A DNA stretch of 55,430 nucleotides, taken from assembly GCA_014858325.1 (NCBI GenBank), contig RKCM01000119.1, forward strand, positions 1-55,430, read 5' to 3'. This DNA is from Oscillospiraceae bacterium (lineage in GTDB: Bacteria; Bacillota; Clostridia; Oscillospirales; Ruminococcaceae). The position numbers were made by a program, and so were the translations under genes. Under the pieces are notes generated by a model, which saw only the letters and a program-made list of their open reading frames with translations, was not told the origin of the DNA and searched no databases. Below, in pieces: positions 9,501 through 17,276 of the stretch. The first letter of the stretch is position 1. Each line of letters begins with the position of its first letter.

Positions 9501-12500
9501 GCTGCGGCGGGAAGCCGGAACCCGCGACGGCAACCCGGCGGAACAGTATGAGAGCATCGTGAACGACACCCGGGCCGTGGGCGGCGTGAAGGACGGAACG
9601 GCGGCGCTGTTCCGGCACGCGGCGGAAAGCGCCGGAGTGGCAGGGGCCTCCAGCATGGAGAGCACCGAGTGGCTGGATGTGCTGATGAACGTGCACGACG
9701 CCATCAAGCCCCGGATGATGAGCCGCTTTGCCGACGCGGCCGAATACGAGGACGCCAAGGTGGAACTGGCTGGCCAGATGCTGGGCAACGTGATGGATCT
9801 GAACGAGATGAAGGACGTGCAGGCCATTTTTGACGGCATCCAGAAGCACAACCGGGCCGTGGCCGCAGCAGCGGCCGGCAGCGAAGAGCGGGCCGCCGAG
9901 GTGCTGAAGGGTTTGAAGAGCGTGCAGAAGGAACAGACGAGGCTGTTCAACCAGAAGCTGCGGGAAAACAGCCGCCCGGCTGCCCAGAGCGAGGACGCCC
10001 GGGCAGCGGCACAGCAGGAGAAGCGGAACCGACAGGCCGAAAAGCTGCTGGACCAGAATCTTGACACGCTGGGTGTGGACATCTCCAACATAGGGAACCT
10101 GAACGAAAAGCTGGAAGTGCTGCGGGAGACCTACGAGCGGGAATGGAAGGCCGAGAAAAAGCGGCTGCGGGATGAGCGGCGGCAGATGCTGGATGAGATC
10201 GCGCTGGAACGGCGGAAGATGAAAGCGGAGAATGCCGAACTGGCCCGGCAGGTGGCAGGCGAACAGCGCCGTGCCGACCGGGCGGAGCGGCAGCTCATCT
10301 TCCAGGAGGACGAGATGCGGGAATGGGATCTGGAGAACCAGCAAAAGGCCGCCGAGTGGTACCAGAAGCAGGCCGAGAAGAATGCCATTGCCATCGAGGT
10401 GGAGCGCCAGCAGCGGGACGAAGACATTGCCGTGGCCAAGGCGCTGGCCGAGAAGCGGGCACAGAAAGCCCGGGACGCCCGGAAGGCAGACGAGCTGAAG
10501 CGGAGCATCCGCAGCAATGCGGCGGCGCTGAACCAGATGATCCTGCGGCCCAAGCCGGGGAAGTATGTCTCCAAGGCGCTGATGACCCAGGCCATGGAGG
10601 TGGCGAAGCTTGCAGATGTGACCATTTTGAACCAGAACACCGTGAACCGGCTGGCGGCGCTGGAGACCAGCATCCGGGAAGCAGGCGGCAGCAAGGACAG
10701 TACGGTGGTCTCGGCCATGAGCGAGGACTGGAAGCAGAGTGGCATTGTGGAGACCCTTGCCGCCCTGCGGGCCGACCTGACGGCCAGCAAGGAAGCAAAG
10801 CTGGCCAGGCTGAACGAGCAGCTGGCTGAGGCGAAAGCCCTGCCCGACAGTGAAAAGGCCCGGGCCCTGCAGGACCGACTGAAGATGCGCATCCGGGAGA
10901 CGGAGAACAAGACCTATCTGCCTTTGACGGTGGACCAGCTGCGGGCGTTGAAAGCCATTACCACCAGCGCGCTGCACGTGATCCGCAATGCCAACAAGAC
11001 CCTGAGCCTGGAAAAGGCACAGGAAGTGGACGCCATGGCCCTGACGGCGGCCCACGAGGTGGGAAAGGCCAAGGGCAATGAGCCCGGCGAAAAGTGGAGC
11101 GGCGTGCGCGGGGCGCTGACCCGGTACAACCTGGATATGCTGGGCGGTGTGCGGGTGTTTCGTATGCTGGGCGGCTATACCAAAAACGGCCAGATGGAGC
11201 AGCTGGCCACCATGCTGAACGATGGCCAGCGAAAGCAGACGCAGATCCTGGTAGAGGGCGAAGCGTTGTTTGACAACGTGACGGGCAAAAGCCACGTGAA
11301 GGAGATGGAACGGTTTGCAGGCCCGGGTGCAGACCTTGTGGACGTAGGCCTGAAAGACACCAAGGGCAACGCAGTGCCCCTGACCCATGCCCAGCTGTGC
11401 AGCCTGTATATGCACCTGAAGAATGCCGACAGCCGGAACCACCTGCTGACGGGAGGTCTGACCCTGCCGGACGCGAAGCTCTACCACAAGGGGAAGATCG
11501 AGGAGGCCTACCAGAAGGGCCAGAACGTGATGCTGGGTAACCTGATGAATGCCGACGGGACCCCCATGGCCGACACCATCCTGCAAACGGTGGAGAGGGC
11601 CATGACCGACTACGACCGGGCATGGTGCGAGGATATGAAGGATTTCTTTGGACGGTACACCACCAACCTCATCAACGAGACCAGCCTGAAGCTGCTGGGC
11701 TACCAGCGGGCCACCGTGAAGGACTACTACCCCATTGCGGTGGACAAGACCCAGCTGGCTACGGAGATCGAGGGCCTGAAGCTGGACGCCACCATTGAGG
11801 GCCGGGGCTTTTTAAAAAACCGCCAGAAGAGCGCAAAGCCCATCCTGCTGGAAGAGTGCAGCAACGTGGTGCAGCGCAGCCTGCGGGATACGGCGGCCTA
11901 TGCGGGGCTGGCCGCACCTCTGCGGGACGTGCAGAAGGTGCTGAACAGTAGCGTGGAGACGGCAGAGAGCATCGGCATCCTGAAAAACAAAATCATCCAG
12001 GAGCACTGGGGAAAGGATGCGGTGAACTACATCGACTACCTGCTGACGGACCTGCAATCCGCCCAGCGTAAGCGGAAAGACAGCATTGGCCGGGGGATGG
12101 GCAGGCTGCGGGGGAACTACGCCGGGGCCATCCTGACGCTGAACCCGGGCGTGGCCATCGCCCAGGCGGCGTCCCTGCCGACGGCGGGGGCGGTGCTGGG
12201 GGCCGATACCATGGCAGCGGTGGTGCCCTTTGTGAAGAACTTCTCCGGCAAGCAGCGGGCATCGCTGGAGACGGAGATCGCCCAGCACGGGGACGCCCTG
12301 CTGCGCTACCGTATGCGGGGCGCACAGGTGGGAGAGCTGAGTTCCATCGGCGTGGACAGGGGCCTTGCCCAAAACGCCATGGACAAGCTGCCGAAGAGCC
12401 TGACCGGCTGGATTAACAGCATAGACGAGATCACGGTGGCAGCGCTGTGGGAAGGGGCGAAACGGTATGTGGAGCACCACGAAACTTTGCAGAAAGGCAG

Positions 12501-13980
12501 CGAAGCTTACTGGGAGGCGGTAAATAAGACCTACCAGAAGGTGATCGAGGAAACCCAGCCCAACTACACCACCATGCAGCGGGCGGGCATCCAGCGCAGT
12601 GACAATGAGATCACCAAGGCATTGACCATGTTTACCACCCAGCGCTTCCAGAACTACGGCATCCTGGCCGATGCGATGGGCGACTACAAAGCGCAGAAAG
12701 CCCGGTACAAAGCGGACGCCAGCGCTGAGAACAAGGCCGAAGTGAAACGGGCGGGCAAGCAGCTGAACCGGGCCGTGACCAGCCAGCTGACCCAGACGGC
12801 GGTGTTTGCCCTGATGAAGATTGGCGCGGACTTCCTGCTCCACCGCTGGGACCGGGAACAGGACGAAAACGGCGACATCACGACCGCCAGCATGAGCAAG
12901 CGCTTCCTGGACCTGTATACCGAAAGCTTTGCGGGCAATTTCCTGTTTGGCTCGGAGCTGTACAGCCTGGTGGGCAACGCCATCAACGGCACGGATTACG
13001 ACGTGGTGAGCGCTACCAACATCAGCGCGGTGAACGATACCTTTGCGGCGGTAACAAAGTTTGCCGCTCTGCTGCGGAAGGACACCGGGGAGATGGACGA
13101 GGAAGAGCTGGCCAAGTACCACCAGAAGCTGATGAACGCAGGCATTGACGTGATCGAGTATGGCTTTGAACTGGCAGGCGTCCCCTTTGGCAACGCCGAA
13201 AAGATGGTGCGGGCCATGAAGAACTATGCGCAGGACGCTGTGAATCTGTACCACGGCGAGGGCTTTTCCCTGAACGGCGTGCCCGGCAGCGCCACGGGCC
13301 AGTACGACCGACTGTACAACGCCATCCAGAGCGGCGACAGCGAGGAGGCCCAGGCGGCGCTGGACAAGCTGAGTGCCATGGGCAAGGATGAAAAGACCAT
13401 CACCGGCCAGCTGAAAACCCGGCTGAAACAGTACGATGAGGACATTCTGGACGCTGCCAGGGCGAAGAATGCCGGTGACCTGGAAGCACGGAAGGACGCA
13501 AAGCAGGAGGTCTATGACCGGCTGTGCATGGCCTATGGTGTGAAGAAGCTGAACGAAAAGGGCGAGACCGACGAGGACAAGGCCCAGAGAGCCCGGTTCA
13601 GGGAACTCATTGATAAGGCGGTGGACGAAAAAGCCGAACAGCTGTACAAAGGCGGCGCGAGCGGTAGCGTGTACGACGACCTGGCCGAGGCGCTGGACTC
13701 CGGCCGGGCAAGGGATGTACAGGACGAAGTGGACCGCCTGCTGACAGCAGGCAAGAAACCTGACAGCCTGAAAACCAAGGTGACAAGCCTTGTGAAGGAG
13801 GAGTATCTGGCCGGAAACGACCGCGACCGGGAGAAGCTGGAAGCCATGCTGCTGAAGCTGACCGACGGGAACGGGAAACCTTTGTACGAGAAGAAAAACT
13901 TTGAGCAGTGGGTCAAGCAGGCCAAGAAACAGGCGGAGAAAAACGCGGGCACTGCCGACGAGTGGGCTGCACTGCGGTAA
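3538..13980 (+). CDS. Giant phage polyvalent (ejected) protein, 3480 aa: zincin HExxH peptidase, putative LPD3/BECR nuclease-like module, HNL...YFEAK module, long helical C-terminal region
   Basis: Uninterrupted ORF; HEDYH at 6289-6303 plus downstream EELVAD; RFQ(L/M) linkers at aa 1095, 1304 and 1829; architecture matches large polyvalent proteins of phages and conjugative elements. Confidence 0.85.
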   Translation: MAWTAEKVKAMRESDPAKAAQSDGWTAEKVRAMRTKTPTAAVQRTAPTAAAAPVADAAPYDEAFSRYGKLAQKFKAGTEALEQKSDRLDALNQWYDDPRNQQLVADLTAKKDPFTTYAQQGTSRNAASAPAPLRLMGNSNYGLPTTPTTESKYTDKQLEKRGYSAGEIGQGRQYLKEINEIPEAKQQARRILNTAGGIADTVEAAPLLAGEYIVQAGRNFAKSAANRKALEAEVAQSPREKNLYEALLETDMDYQPKYSIGDLLQQGFTRDEIDSMKARIAGTEAKDSIDPEQSLGYQIYNRGQKLNAAAQSGLGPAAKAAQGIVSSAAENLVVGSVNPALVLPVLSAQGAAEAMGQSVEKNESAGKALAGGLAKFGAGWAINSVGAADLARSMGSDYAKDTMAGQIADWVRGLAGDGTLAQNYPAVANALSGGIDNAMQAFVETYADQAIDAALGDEEAARTMFNKDTFLTALESGLSGGASGALGGAVGTGLGAMRERAARAEAAEQAQAEDARQRKAWERSLEPGEAVALAAGSPSQTADAANTEQDAVGRMNREATETAGNERVNENPAVQQFAEDAAEDSLTGKTIRLFAPEAGNEANRAAFEEAYGVQLPGTAAATRRMLRDIATQQQATPNAEAQIPAGNAESGNKSADTVQETALSVRKSPENVRNTPETGMNTEPARVEAQPQMQAVENPGETVENAAVENAPMRETYGLEAPKTQEQKAYYTEQKMRGWDVSEKAAKHLSQQLPKDVNADTYVAAASSLYRLGQMEDVDTFDKALRLAGSENALGLNVNEVLSQTTGRNALEQAYLYGKGEREARAERMQQLGGALGPQSTSGEGMTYYKGTVREMDSVGSRIIQLNAQGTGTDAVLKNVLNGPDGAPNPNVKAYVDTETARIFFGDRAENVFQTVLHEDYHWYNTLDSEGAKTLQDHALQYLAKSSGYENIDELIRAKMGDYAAQKLTYEQAAEELVADAWGGIFDSEESFRRWAQFQREQAEKNAGKAGAIHKVMQQVKTLLENILSKAKEVLRMDPENAAAQKARRLAEAEKRALQEEYFAHAEKAMDNLRSAKENAADLKNESAAEGRGVRFQLQEGEETLEKQLNRNLLRLEQMSPVIEITGKEIAYGATSKENAENIVRFFESVGGKVERDGFGVIELTRKGAKATVQHGNGPAKQIAAAAIPDVIRYGEQIGFVENWKGRGYNTYTFVAPVVVAGTKIYEAVVVNEYRSTKQGNKFYVHEVCGSDGSLLVLDDAGQIKQKQESADTVLKTEEGGERPSFPANRIITQNDAPVKKNTRFQMASPVEVNSEKELVAVHNLTEENLREALELGGMPSPSIAVVKAQAGHSKYGPISLVFGPDSIDPQANRANRVYGSDAWTPTRPNVEYAVNGKALTAFEKAIYNASEDAFEGKFVNSAALQRMGVGEVSSENRTELAQKLQRETAVQLAYLKEKGQTVVPIYKTERETFDSMGNDVLEKVVERAGADEIKNAFENGDFDLLDKLADKAADALEEKYTHGALAGQNKRWQMRIDKLRKENRGRLYGLIEHAYKMLTDTSDGKAMLDVEATREAIREAAPEAQVERWAYDKLGDVLGEKGIRNQKDRFTRGGKSRSFAELHNPYTLENLVAAMNAQNARGQDVWGLSASTLMSTTTAEYKNLDEVRADKGRLQQMPEEEYKTLLEKADNQIEAVISKLRSETEAHADNSFEEREILGDILLRAAQGSQTTAAIGKAFAKEGYSISKDTAALIRKLYKDVAAIPTGYFEAKPQRAVGFDEVKAAILPDNASPTLVDSLREHGVAVQQYKAGDEAQRAELLNKVPNVRFQMAENADKEARKNTQRQASRAIAERDASLKTLMDFFGITRGVRISDDSMESLALKTIYAAGAKGKMNATEFAGKLRPLVEYMKADGADMSKAQSMAEVLAGEALDHATTRNTELWDQYPELHSLSYTVAKDGQAEKELVRRYGSWGAAVKDARSHGVQLRREAGTRDGNPAEQYESIVNDTRAVGGVKDGTAALFRHAAESAGVAGASSMESTEWLDVLMNVHDAIKPRMMSRFADAAEYEDAKVELAGQMLGNVMDLNEMKDVQAIFDGIQKHNRAVAAAAAGSEERAAEVLKGLKSVQKEQTRLFNQKLRENSRPAAQSEDARAAAQQEKRNRQAEKLLDQNLDTLGVDISNIGNLNEKLEVLRETYEREWKAEKKRLRDERRQMLDEIALERRKMKAENAELARQVAGEQRRADRAERQLIFQEDEMREWDLENQQKAAEWYQKQAEKNAIAIEVERQQRDEDIAVAKALAEKRAQKARDARKADELKRSIRSNAAALNQMILRPKPGKYVSKALMTQAMEVAKLADVTILNQNTVNRLAALETSIREAGGSKDSTVVSAMSEDWKQSGIVETLAALRADLTASKEAKLARLNEQLAEAKALPDSEKARALQDRLKMRIRETENKTYLPLTVDQLRALKAITTSALHVIRNANKTLSLEKAQEVDAMALTAAHEVGKAKGNEPGEKWSGVRGALTRYNLDMLGGVRVFRMLGGYTKNGQMEQLATMLNDGQRKQTQILVEGEALFDNVTGKSHVKEMERFAGPGADLVDVGLKDTKGNAVPLTHAQLCSLYMHLKNADSRNHLLTGGLTLPDAKLYHKGKIEEAYQKGQNVMLGNLMNADGTPMADTILQTVERAMTDYDRAWCEDMKDFFGRYTTNLINETSLKLLGYQRATVKDYYPIAVDKTQLATEIEGLKLDATIEGRGFLKNRQKSAKPILLEECSNVVQRSLRDTAAYAGLAAPLRDVQKVLNSSVETAESIGILKNKIIQEHWGKDAVNYIDYLLTDLQSAQRKRKDSIGRGMGRLRGNYAGAILTLNPGVAIAQAASLPTAGAVLGADTMAAVVPFVKNFSGKQRASLETEIAQHGDALLRYRMRGAQVGELSSIGVDRGLAQNAMDKLPKSLTGWINSIDEITVAALWEGAKRYVEHHETLQKGSEAYWEAVNKTYQKVIEETQPNYTTMQRAGIQRSDNEITKALTMFTTQRFQNYGILADAMGDYKAQKARYKADASAENKAEVKRAGKQLNRAVTSQLTQTAVFALMKIGADFLLHRWDREQDENGDITTASMSKRFLDLYTESFAGNFLFGSELYSLVGNAINGTDYDVVSATNISAVNDTFAAVTKFAALLRKDTGEMDEEELAKYHQKLMNAGIDVIEYGFELAGVPFGNAEKMVRAMKNYAQDAVNLYHGEGFSLNGVPGSATGQYDRLYNAIQSGDSEEAQAALDKLSAMGKDEKTITGQLKTRLKQYDEDILDAARAKNAGDLEARKDAKQEVYDRLCMAYGVKKLNEKGETDEDKAQRARFRELIDKAVDEKAEQLYKGGASGSVYDDLAEALDSGRARDVQDEVDRLLTAGKKPDSLKTKVTSLVKEEYLAGNDRDREKLEAMLLKLTDGNGKPLYEKKNFEQWVKQAKKQAEKNAGTADEWAALR
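6765..6804 (-). terminator. Antisense intrinsic terminator-like hairpin inside the polyvalent gene
   Basis: CGCCGCA (6774-6780) pairs with TGCGGCG (6798-6804), inner CTCA/TGAG stem; followed on the minus strand by TTTTCTTTT. Confidence 0.5.
7329..7401 (-). ncRNA. Candidate ~73-nt antisense structured RNA (three-way junction plus U-tract)
   Basis: 11-bp perfect closing stem (7391-7401 with 7337-7347), two internal hairpins, U-rich tail; +1 lies 7 nt after a consensus -10. Confidence 0.6.
7408..7436 (-). promoter_or_regulatory. sigma70/sigmaA-type antisense promoter inside the polyvalent gene
   Basis: Minus strand TTTACA-17 nt-TATAAT with TGn extended -10. Confidence 0.75.
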
Positions 13981-14003
13981 CAGATCTTTCACCATCAGAA
14001 TCA

Positions 14004-14040
14004 CAAAAGGGAGACACCCCGGCGGGGCGTCTCCCTTTTG
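14004..14040. terminator. Bidirectional intrinsic terminator after the polyvalent gene
   Basis: CAAAAGGGAGAC...GTCTCCCTTTTG inverted repeat with A and T tracts. Confidence 0.85.
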
Positions 14041-14103
14041 CTGTGCTGCAAAATGTCCGCAGTATTTTTGCGCGCCGGTTTGCGGTAGACTGGAAGCAGA
14101 AGA

Positions 14104-14180
14104 AAACCTCTCACCGCTGCCGTCCGCCTAACGGCGGCGCGTTGCAGAGCTCCCCTGGTAGGGGAGCCAAGAATTAAGGA
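14104..14180 (+). repeat. 77-bp structured direct repeat, copy A (REP-like), ending at the RBS of the tail fibre gene
   Basis: aaacctctcaccgctgc...CCGCC taac GGCGG...GCTCCCCT ggt AGGGGAGC caagaattaagga. Confidence 0.85.
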
Positions 14181-14186
14181 AAGAGT

Positions 14187-15569
14187 ATGAGCGAGCTTAA
14201 CATTAAAATCCGAAAAGTGCAGGACAACGGCTCGGCCTTTAAGGCAAACCCGGACACGCTGTATCTGGGCGGTATGCGCTCGGCCAAGGTGGACCGGCTG
14301 CACTTTGAAGTGCCGGAGGAGTGGAAGGCCTGCACCATCTCGCTGCATGTGCAGCGGCTGAGCGGCACCCTGCCGGACCCGCAGATCCTGGACGAGAACA
14401 ACAGCGTGCTGGTAGACCGCCGCTGGACGCTGGAAGCGCAGGGCCATTGGATGCTGCTGGCCATGGACGAAAACGGCTACATTGCCATGTCGAAGCCCGG
14501 CCAGTACACCTGCTACGAGACCATTGACACCGACAGCACCACCGAGACTCTGACGCCCAGCATCTACGAACAGTTTGTGGCGCAGGTGACCAGCTGGGCC
14601 AACCAGGCCAAGGATAGCATGAACGCTGCGGCGGGCAGCGCGAAGAAGGCCGGGGAGGAAGCCGACCGGGCGGAGCAGGCCGTGGCAGACCTTGACCAGA
14701 CGCGGACCGACTCCATCAAGGCGGTGCAGGACGCGCAGAGCACCGCGACCACGGCGGTGGAACAGAAGAAGACAGAAGCGGTACAGGCGGTGGGGAACAA
14801 GCTCACAGAATCGCTGGGTGAGCTGGATACGGCTAAGGGCACGGCGCTGGATGAAGTGGCCGATGCGACGCAGGAAGCAAAGAACGCGGCAGCAGACTCC
14901 AAAGACAGCGCTGAAAAATCCGCCTCAGAGGCCGCGAAAGCCGAAAGCAGCGCCGGAGCGGCGAAGACCAGCGAGGGCAACAGCAAGACCAGCGAAGAAG
15001 CGGCTGCCGAGAGCAAGCGGCAGGCGGCGGTCCTGCTGAAAGCTGTGGAAGAATACTACAGCCAGGTGCGCACCATCACCATTGGCGCTATGGGCTGGTA
15101 CGCTACCCCCGAAGACCTGGCCGAGAAGAACCCCATCGGCGAAGACGGCTGGTGGGGCGTCGTCGGTACCACCGACACCATCTGGACGTGGGACAGCGAC
15201 ACCAGCGCCTGGGTGGACACCTCCGCCAAGACGACCCTCGGCGACTACCTGAGCCGCCAGCAGGTCATCGACCTGCTGGCGGGCAAGGCCGATGTGGACC
15301 ACACCCACGCCTGGGGCGCCATCACCGGCAAGCCCAGCAGTTTCCCGCCGGAAGCGCACAACCACGACGACCGCTATTACACAGAGTCTGAGATGAACAG
15401 CAAGCTGAATGCCAAAGCCAACAGCAACCACAGCCATAACTACGCGGGGTCTGGCTCAGCAGGCGGCACGGCAAACAGCACAAATGGCTTTACCTTTGGC
15501 GCACAGACAGGCGACCCGGGGGCCTGGAGCAACCTGGACACCAACCGAGTGCTGCTGGTGTACGAATGA
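14187..15569 (+). CDS. Phage tail fibre protein
   Basis: N-terminal BppU-like anchor (inferred), Ala/Ser/Lys-rich coiled region, HxH motifs (HTH, HNHDDRYYTESE, HSH) typical of trimeric fibres. Confidence 0.75.
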   Translation: MSELNIKIRKVQDNGSAFKANPDTLYLGGMRSAKVDRLHFEVPEEWKACTISLHVQRLSGTLPDPQILDENNSVLVDRRWTLEAQGHWMLLAMDENGYIAMSKPGQYTCYETIDTDSTTETLTPSIYEQFVAQVTSWANQAKDSMNAAAGSAKKAGEEADRAEQAVADLDQTRTDSIKAVQDAQSTATTAVEQKKTEAVQAVGNKLTESLGELDTAKGTALDEVADATQEAKNAAADSKDSAEKSASEAAKAESSAGAAKTSEGNSKTSEEAAAESKRQAAVLLKAVEEYYSQVRTITIGAMGWYATPEDLAEKNPIGEDGWWGVVGTTDTIWTWDSDTSAWVDTSAKTTLGDYLSRQQVIDLLAGKADVDHTHAWGAITGKPSSFPPEAHNHDDRYYTESEMNSKLNAKANSNHSHNYAGSGSAGGTANSTNGFTFGAQTGDPGAWSNLDTNRVLLVYE

Positions 15570-15588
15570 TTTCAAAATGGAGGATACC

Positions 15589-16257
15589 ATGGACGAAACC
15601 AAGATCTGCCCGGGCTATGAAGTGCCCGTATTGGACGAAGAGAAGAACGACAACTATGCTGCGGTGGAAGCGGCGGTGAACGAGCACAACCAAACCGCAC
15701 AGCCGGGCGAGAAATACTGGGGCATCTCCCTCGAAAACGAGAAGTACACCGTATACGAGTACGGCGAAGTGCCCACCCCGCCCACCGAGGAAGAGCAGAT
15801 GGAAACGCTGCGGGCAAAAAAGCTGGAGGAAGCCTCCGACGCCTGCGAAGCTGCCATCACGGCGGGCATCGACGTATCGCTCGGGGACGGGACGCAGGAG
15901 CATTTCTCGCTGGAAGTGCCTGATCAATCCAACATCGACGGCGTGTTCAACGCGGTGATGCTGGGGGCTACGGCCTACCCCTACCATGCAGATGGAAAGC
16001 AGTGCAAGCTGTACTCCGCCGCCGACATCGTGACGCTGTACACGGCAAAGCAGAGTGCCATCACCCAGCAGACCACCTACAACAACGCATTGCGGCAGTG
16101 GATCGGCCGGGAGACGAGCCTTGAGGTGCTGAAGGGCATCTCCTATGGCGTGGAGCTGCCGGAGGACCTGAAAGCCGAGGTGGCGGACATCCTGCAGAAG
16201 GCAAAAGAGCAGGTGGAGGCCATTGCGAAGAAGCTGGAGACCGCTCAGGCTCGCTGA
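15589..16257 (+). CDS. Tail-fibre-associated protein (DUF4376-like chaperone)
   Basis: GGAGG RBS; acidic protein with LRAKKLEEAS.ACE.AI..G and YHADG..C motifs; directly follows the fibre gene. Confidence 0.6.
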   Translation: MDETKICPGYEVPVLDEEKNDNYAAVEAAVNEHNQTAQPGEKYWGISLENEKYTVYEYGEVPTPPTEEEQMETLRAKKLEEASDACEAAITAGIDVSLGDGTQEHFSLEVPDQSNIDGVFNAVMLGATAYPYHADGKQCKLYSAADIVTLYTAKQSAITQQTTYNNALRQWIGRETSLEVLKGISYGVELPEDLKAEVADILQKAKEQVEAIAKKLETAQAR

Positions 16258-16318
16258 TGCTCGCCCTTGGTAAAGAGGGAAGGCTTGCGCGAAAAATTCA
16301 AAATGGAGCAATGGAGCG

Positions 16319-16735
16319 ATGAAACGGGAATTTGCAAAACTATCCATCTTAGCGGTGCTGGGCGGGATGCTTTACATGGGTGTGGAGCTGCTCTGGCGGG
16401 GCCGCACCCACTGGACTATGGGCATCGTGGGCGGGGTATGCTTTGTGCTCATCGGGGGCTTAAACAACTACCTGCCCTGGGAAATGCCCATCTGGAAGCA
16501 GGCGCTCTGCGGCAGCGCCCTGGTGACAGCCGTGGAGCTGGTAGCAGGAGTCATCCTGAACTTGTATTTGGGCCTCGGCATCTGGGACTACTCGGGCCTG
16601 CCCTGCAACCTGCTGGGACAGATCTGCCTGCCGTTCAGCCTGCTGTGGGCGGCGCTGAGTGTTCTCTGCATCTTTGTGGACGACGCGCTACGGTGGAGAC
16701 TGTTCCACGAGGAGAAGCCGAGGTATCGGTGGTAA
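16319..16735 (+). CDS. Four-TM membrane protein (putative ABC-transporter type IV permease-like family)
   Basis: GG.LY..VELLWRG.THWTM and WDYS..P.NLLGQICL.FS motifs; four hydrophobic segments. Confidence 0.75.
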   Translation: MKREFAKLSILAVLGGMLYMGVELLWRGRTHWTMGIVGGVCFVLIGGLNNYLPWEMPIWKQALCGSALVTAVELVAGVILNLYLGLGIWDYSGLPCNLLGQICLPFSLLWAALSVLCIFVDDALRWRLFHEEKPRYRW

Positions 16736-16810
16736 ACCTCTCACCGCTGCGGTCTGGCTTTGCCAGCGCCTTGCGGAGCTCCCCTACAAAGGGGAGCCAA
16801 GAATTAAGGA
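16734..16810 (+). repeat. 77-bp structured direct repeat, copy B, ending at the RBS of the variable tail gene
   Basis: aaacctctcaccgctgc...CTGGC ttt GCCAG...GCTCCCCT acaa AGGGGAGC caagaattaagga. Confidence 0.85.
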
Positions 16811-16820
16811 GTTTTTCAAA

Positions 16821-17276
16821 ATGGGAAAGAATTTACTCGTGGGCGTCGGCGGCAAAGCCCGGCACGTCAAGGCCCTGTACGTCGGCGTGGGTGGAAAGGC
16901 CCGCAAAGTCAAGAAAGTGTACGTCGGTGTCGGCGGAAGGGCAAGGCTGGTGTGGCAGGATTATGTGGCGGTGGCAGGGATTGCGTATTCCCACTTGAAT
17001 GATTCAAACTATAACGATCTTTGGATTTATTTCAAACTGACTCCGACGAATGCTACGAATTTGACGGTCACGTTTACAAAAAACGACAATGGAATACGTT
17101 TTACGTCGCCTACAACTGCTACAGCAGATAATAATGGATTTGTTTATGTTAGGTGCACTGTAGGCGGCGCTTGGAGCATGATGCAGTGGGTAACGGTTAC
17201 AGCAACCGCTGCGGATGGTAAGAGCGCATATATAAAAATACAACTTGAAGACGGGCAATGGCGCACAAGAACCTAA
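16821..17276 (+). CDS. Putative tail-tip adhesin: 3x VGVGG(K/R)AR repeat plus AT-rich Ig-like/beta C-terminal domain
   Basis: AAGGAG RBS; 14-aa period repeats; abrupt drop in GC after ~16975; Thr-rich beta-strand pattern. Confidence 0.6.
   Translation: MGKNLLVGVGGKARHVKALYVGVGGKARKVKKVYVGVGGRARLVWQDYVAVAGIAYSHLNDSNYNDLWIYFKLTPTNATNLTVTFTKNDNGIRFTSPTTATADNNGFVYVRCTVGGAWSMMQWVTVTATAADGKSAYIKIQLEDGQWRTRT

Noticed and set aside
2134..14004. Very long minus-strand ORFs (2134..5781, 7303..8409, 8485..11586, 11812..14004)
   Set aside because: Antisense shadows of GC3-rich phage genes; no recognisable motifs, and composition typical of reverse-frame translation
14054..14093. Possible phage late promoter (TGCGGTAGACT) before repeat copy A
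   Set aside because: Only a -10-like hexamer, with no second copy in the window to define a consensus
16821..17276. Diversity-generating retroelement target
   Set aside because: No reverse transcriptase and no template/variable repeat pair differing at adenines within the window; could lie in the unseen part of the prophage
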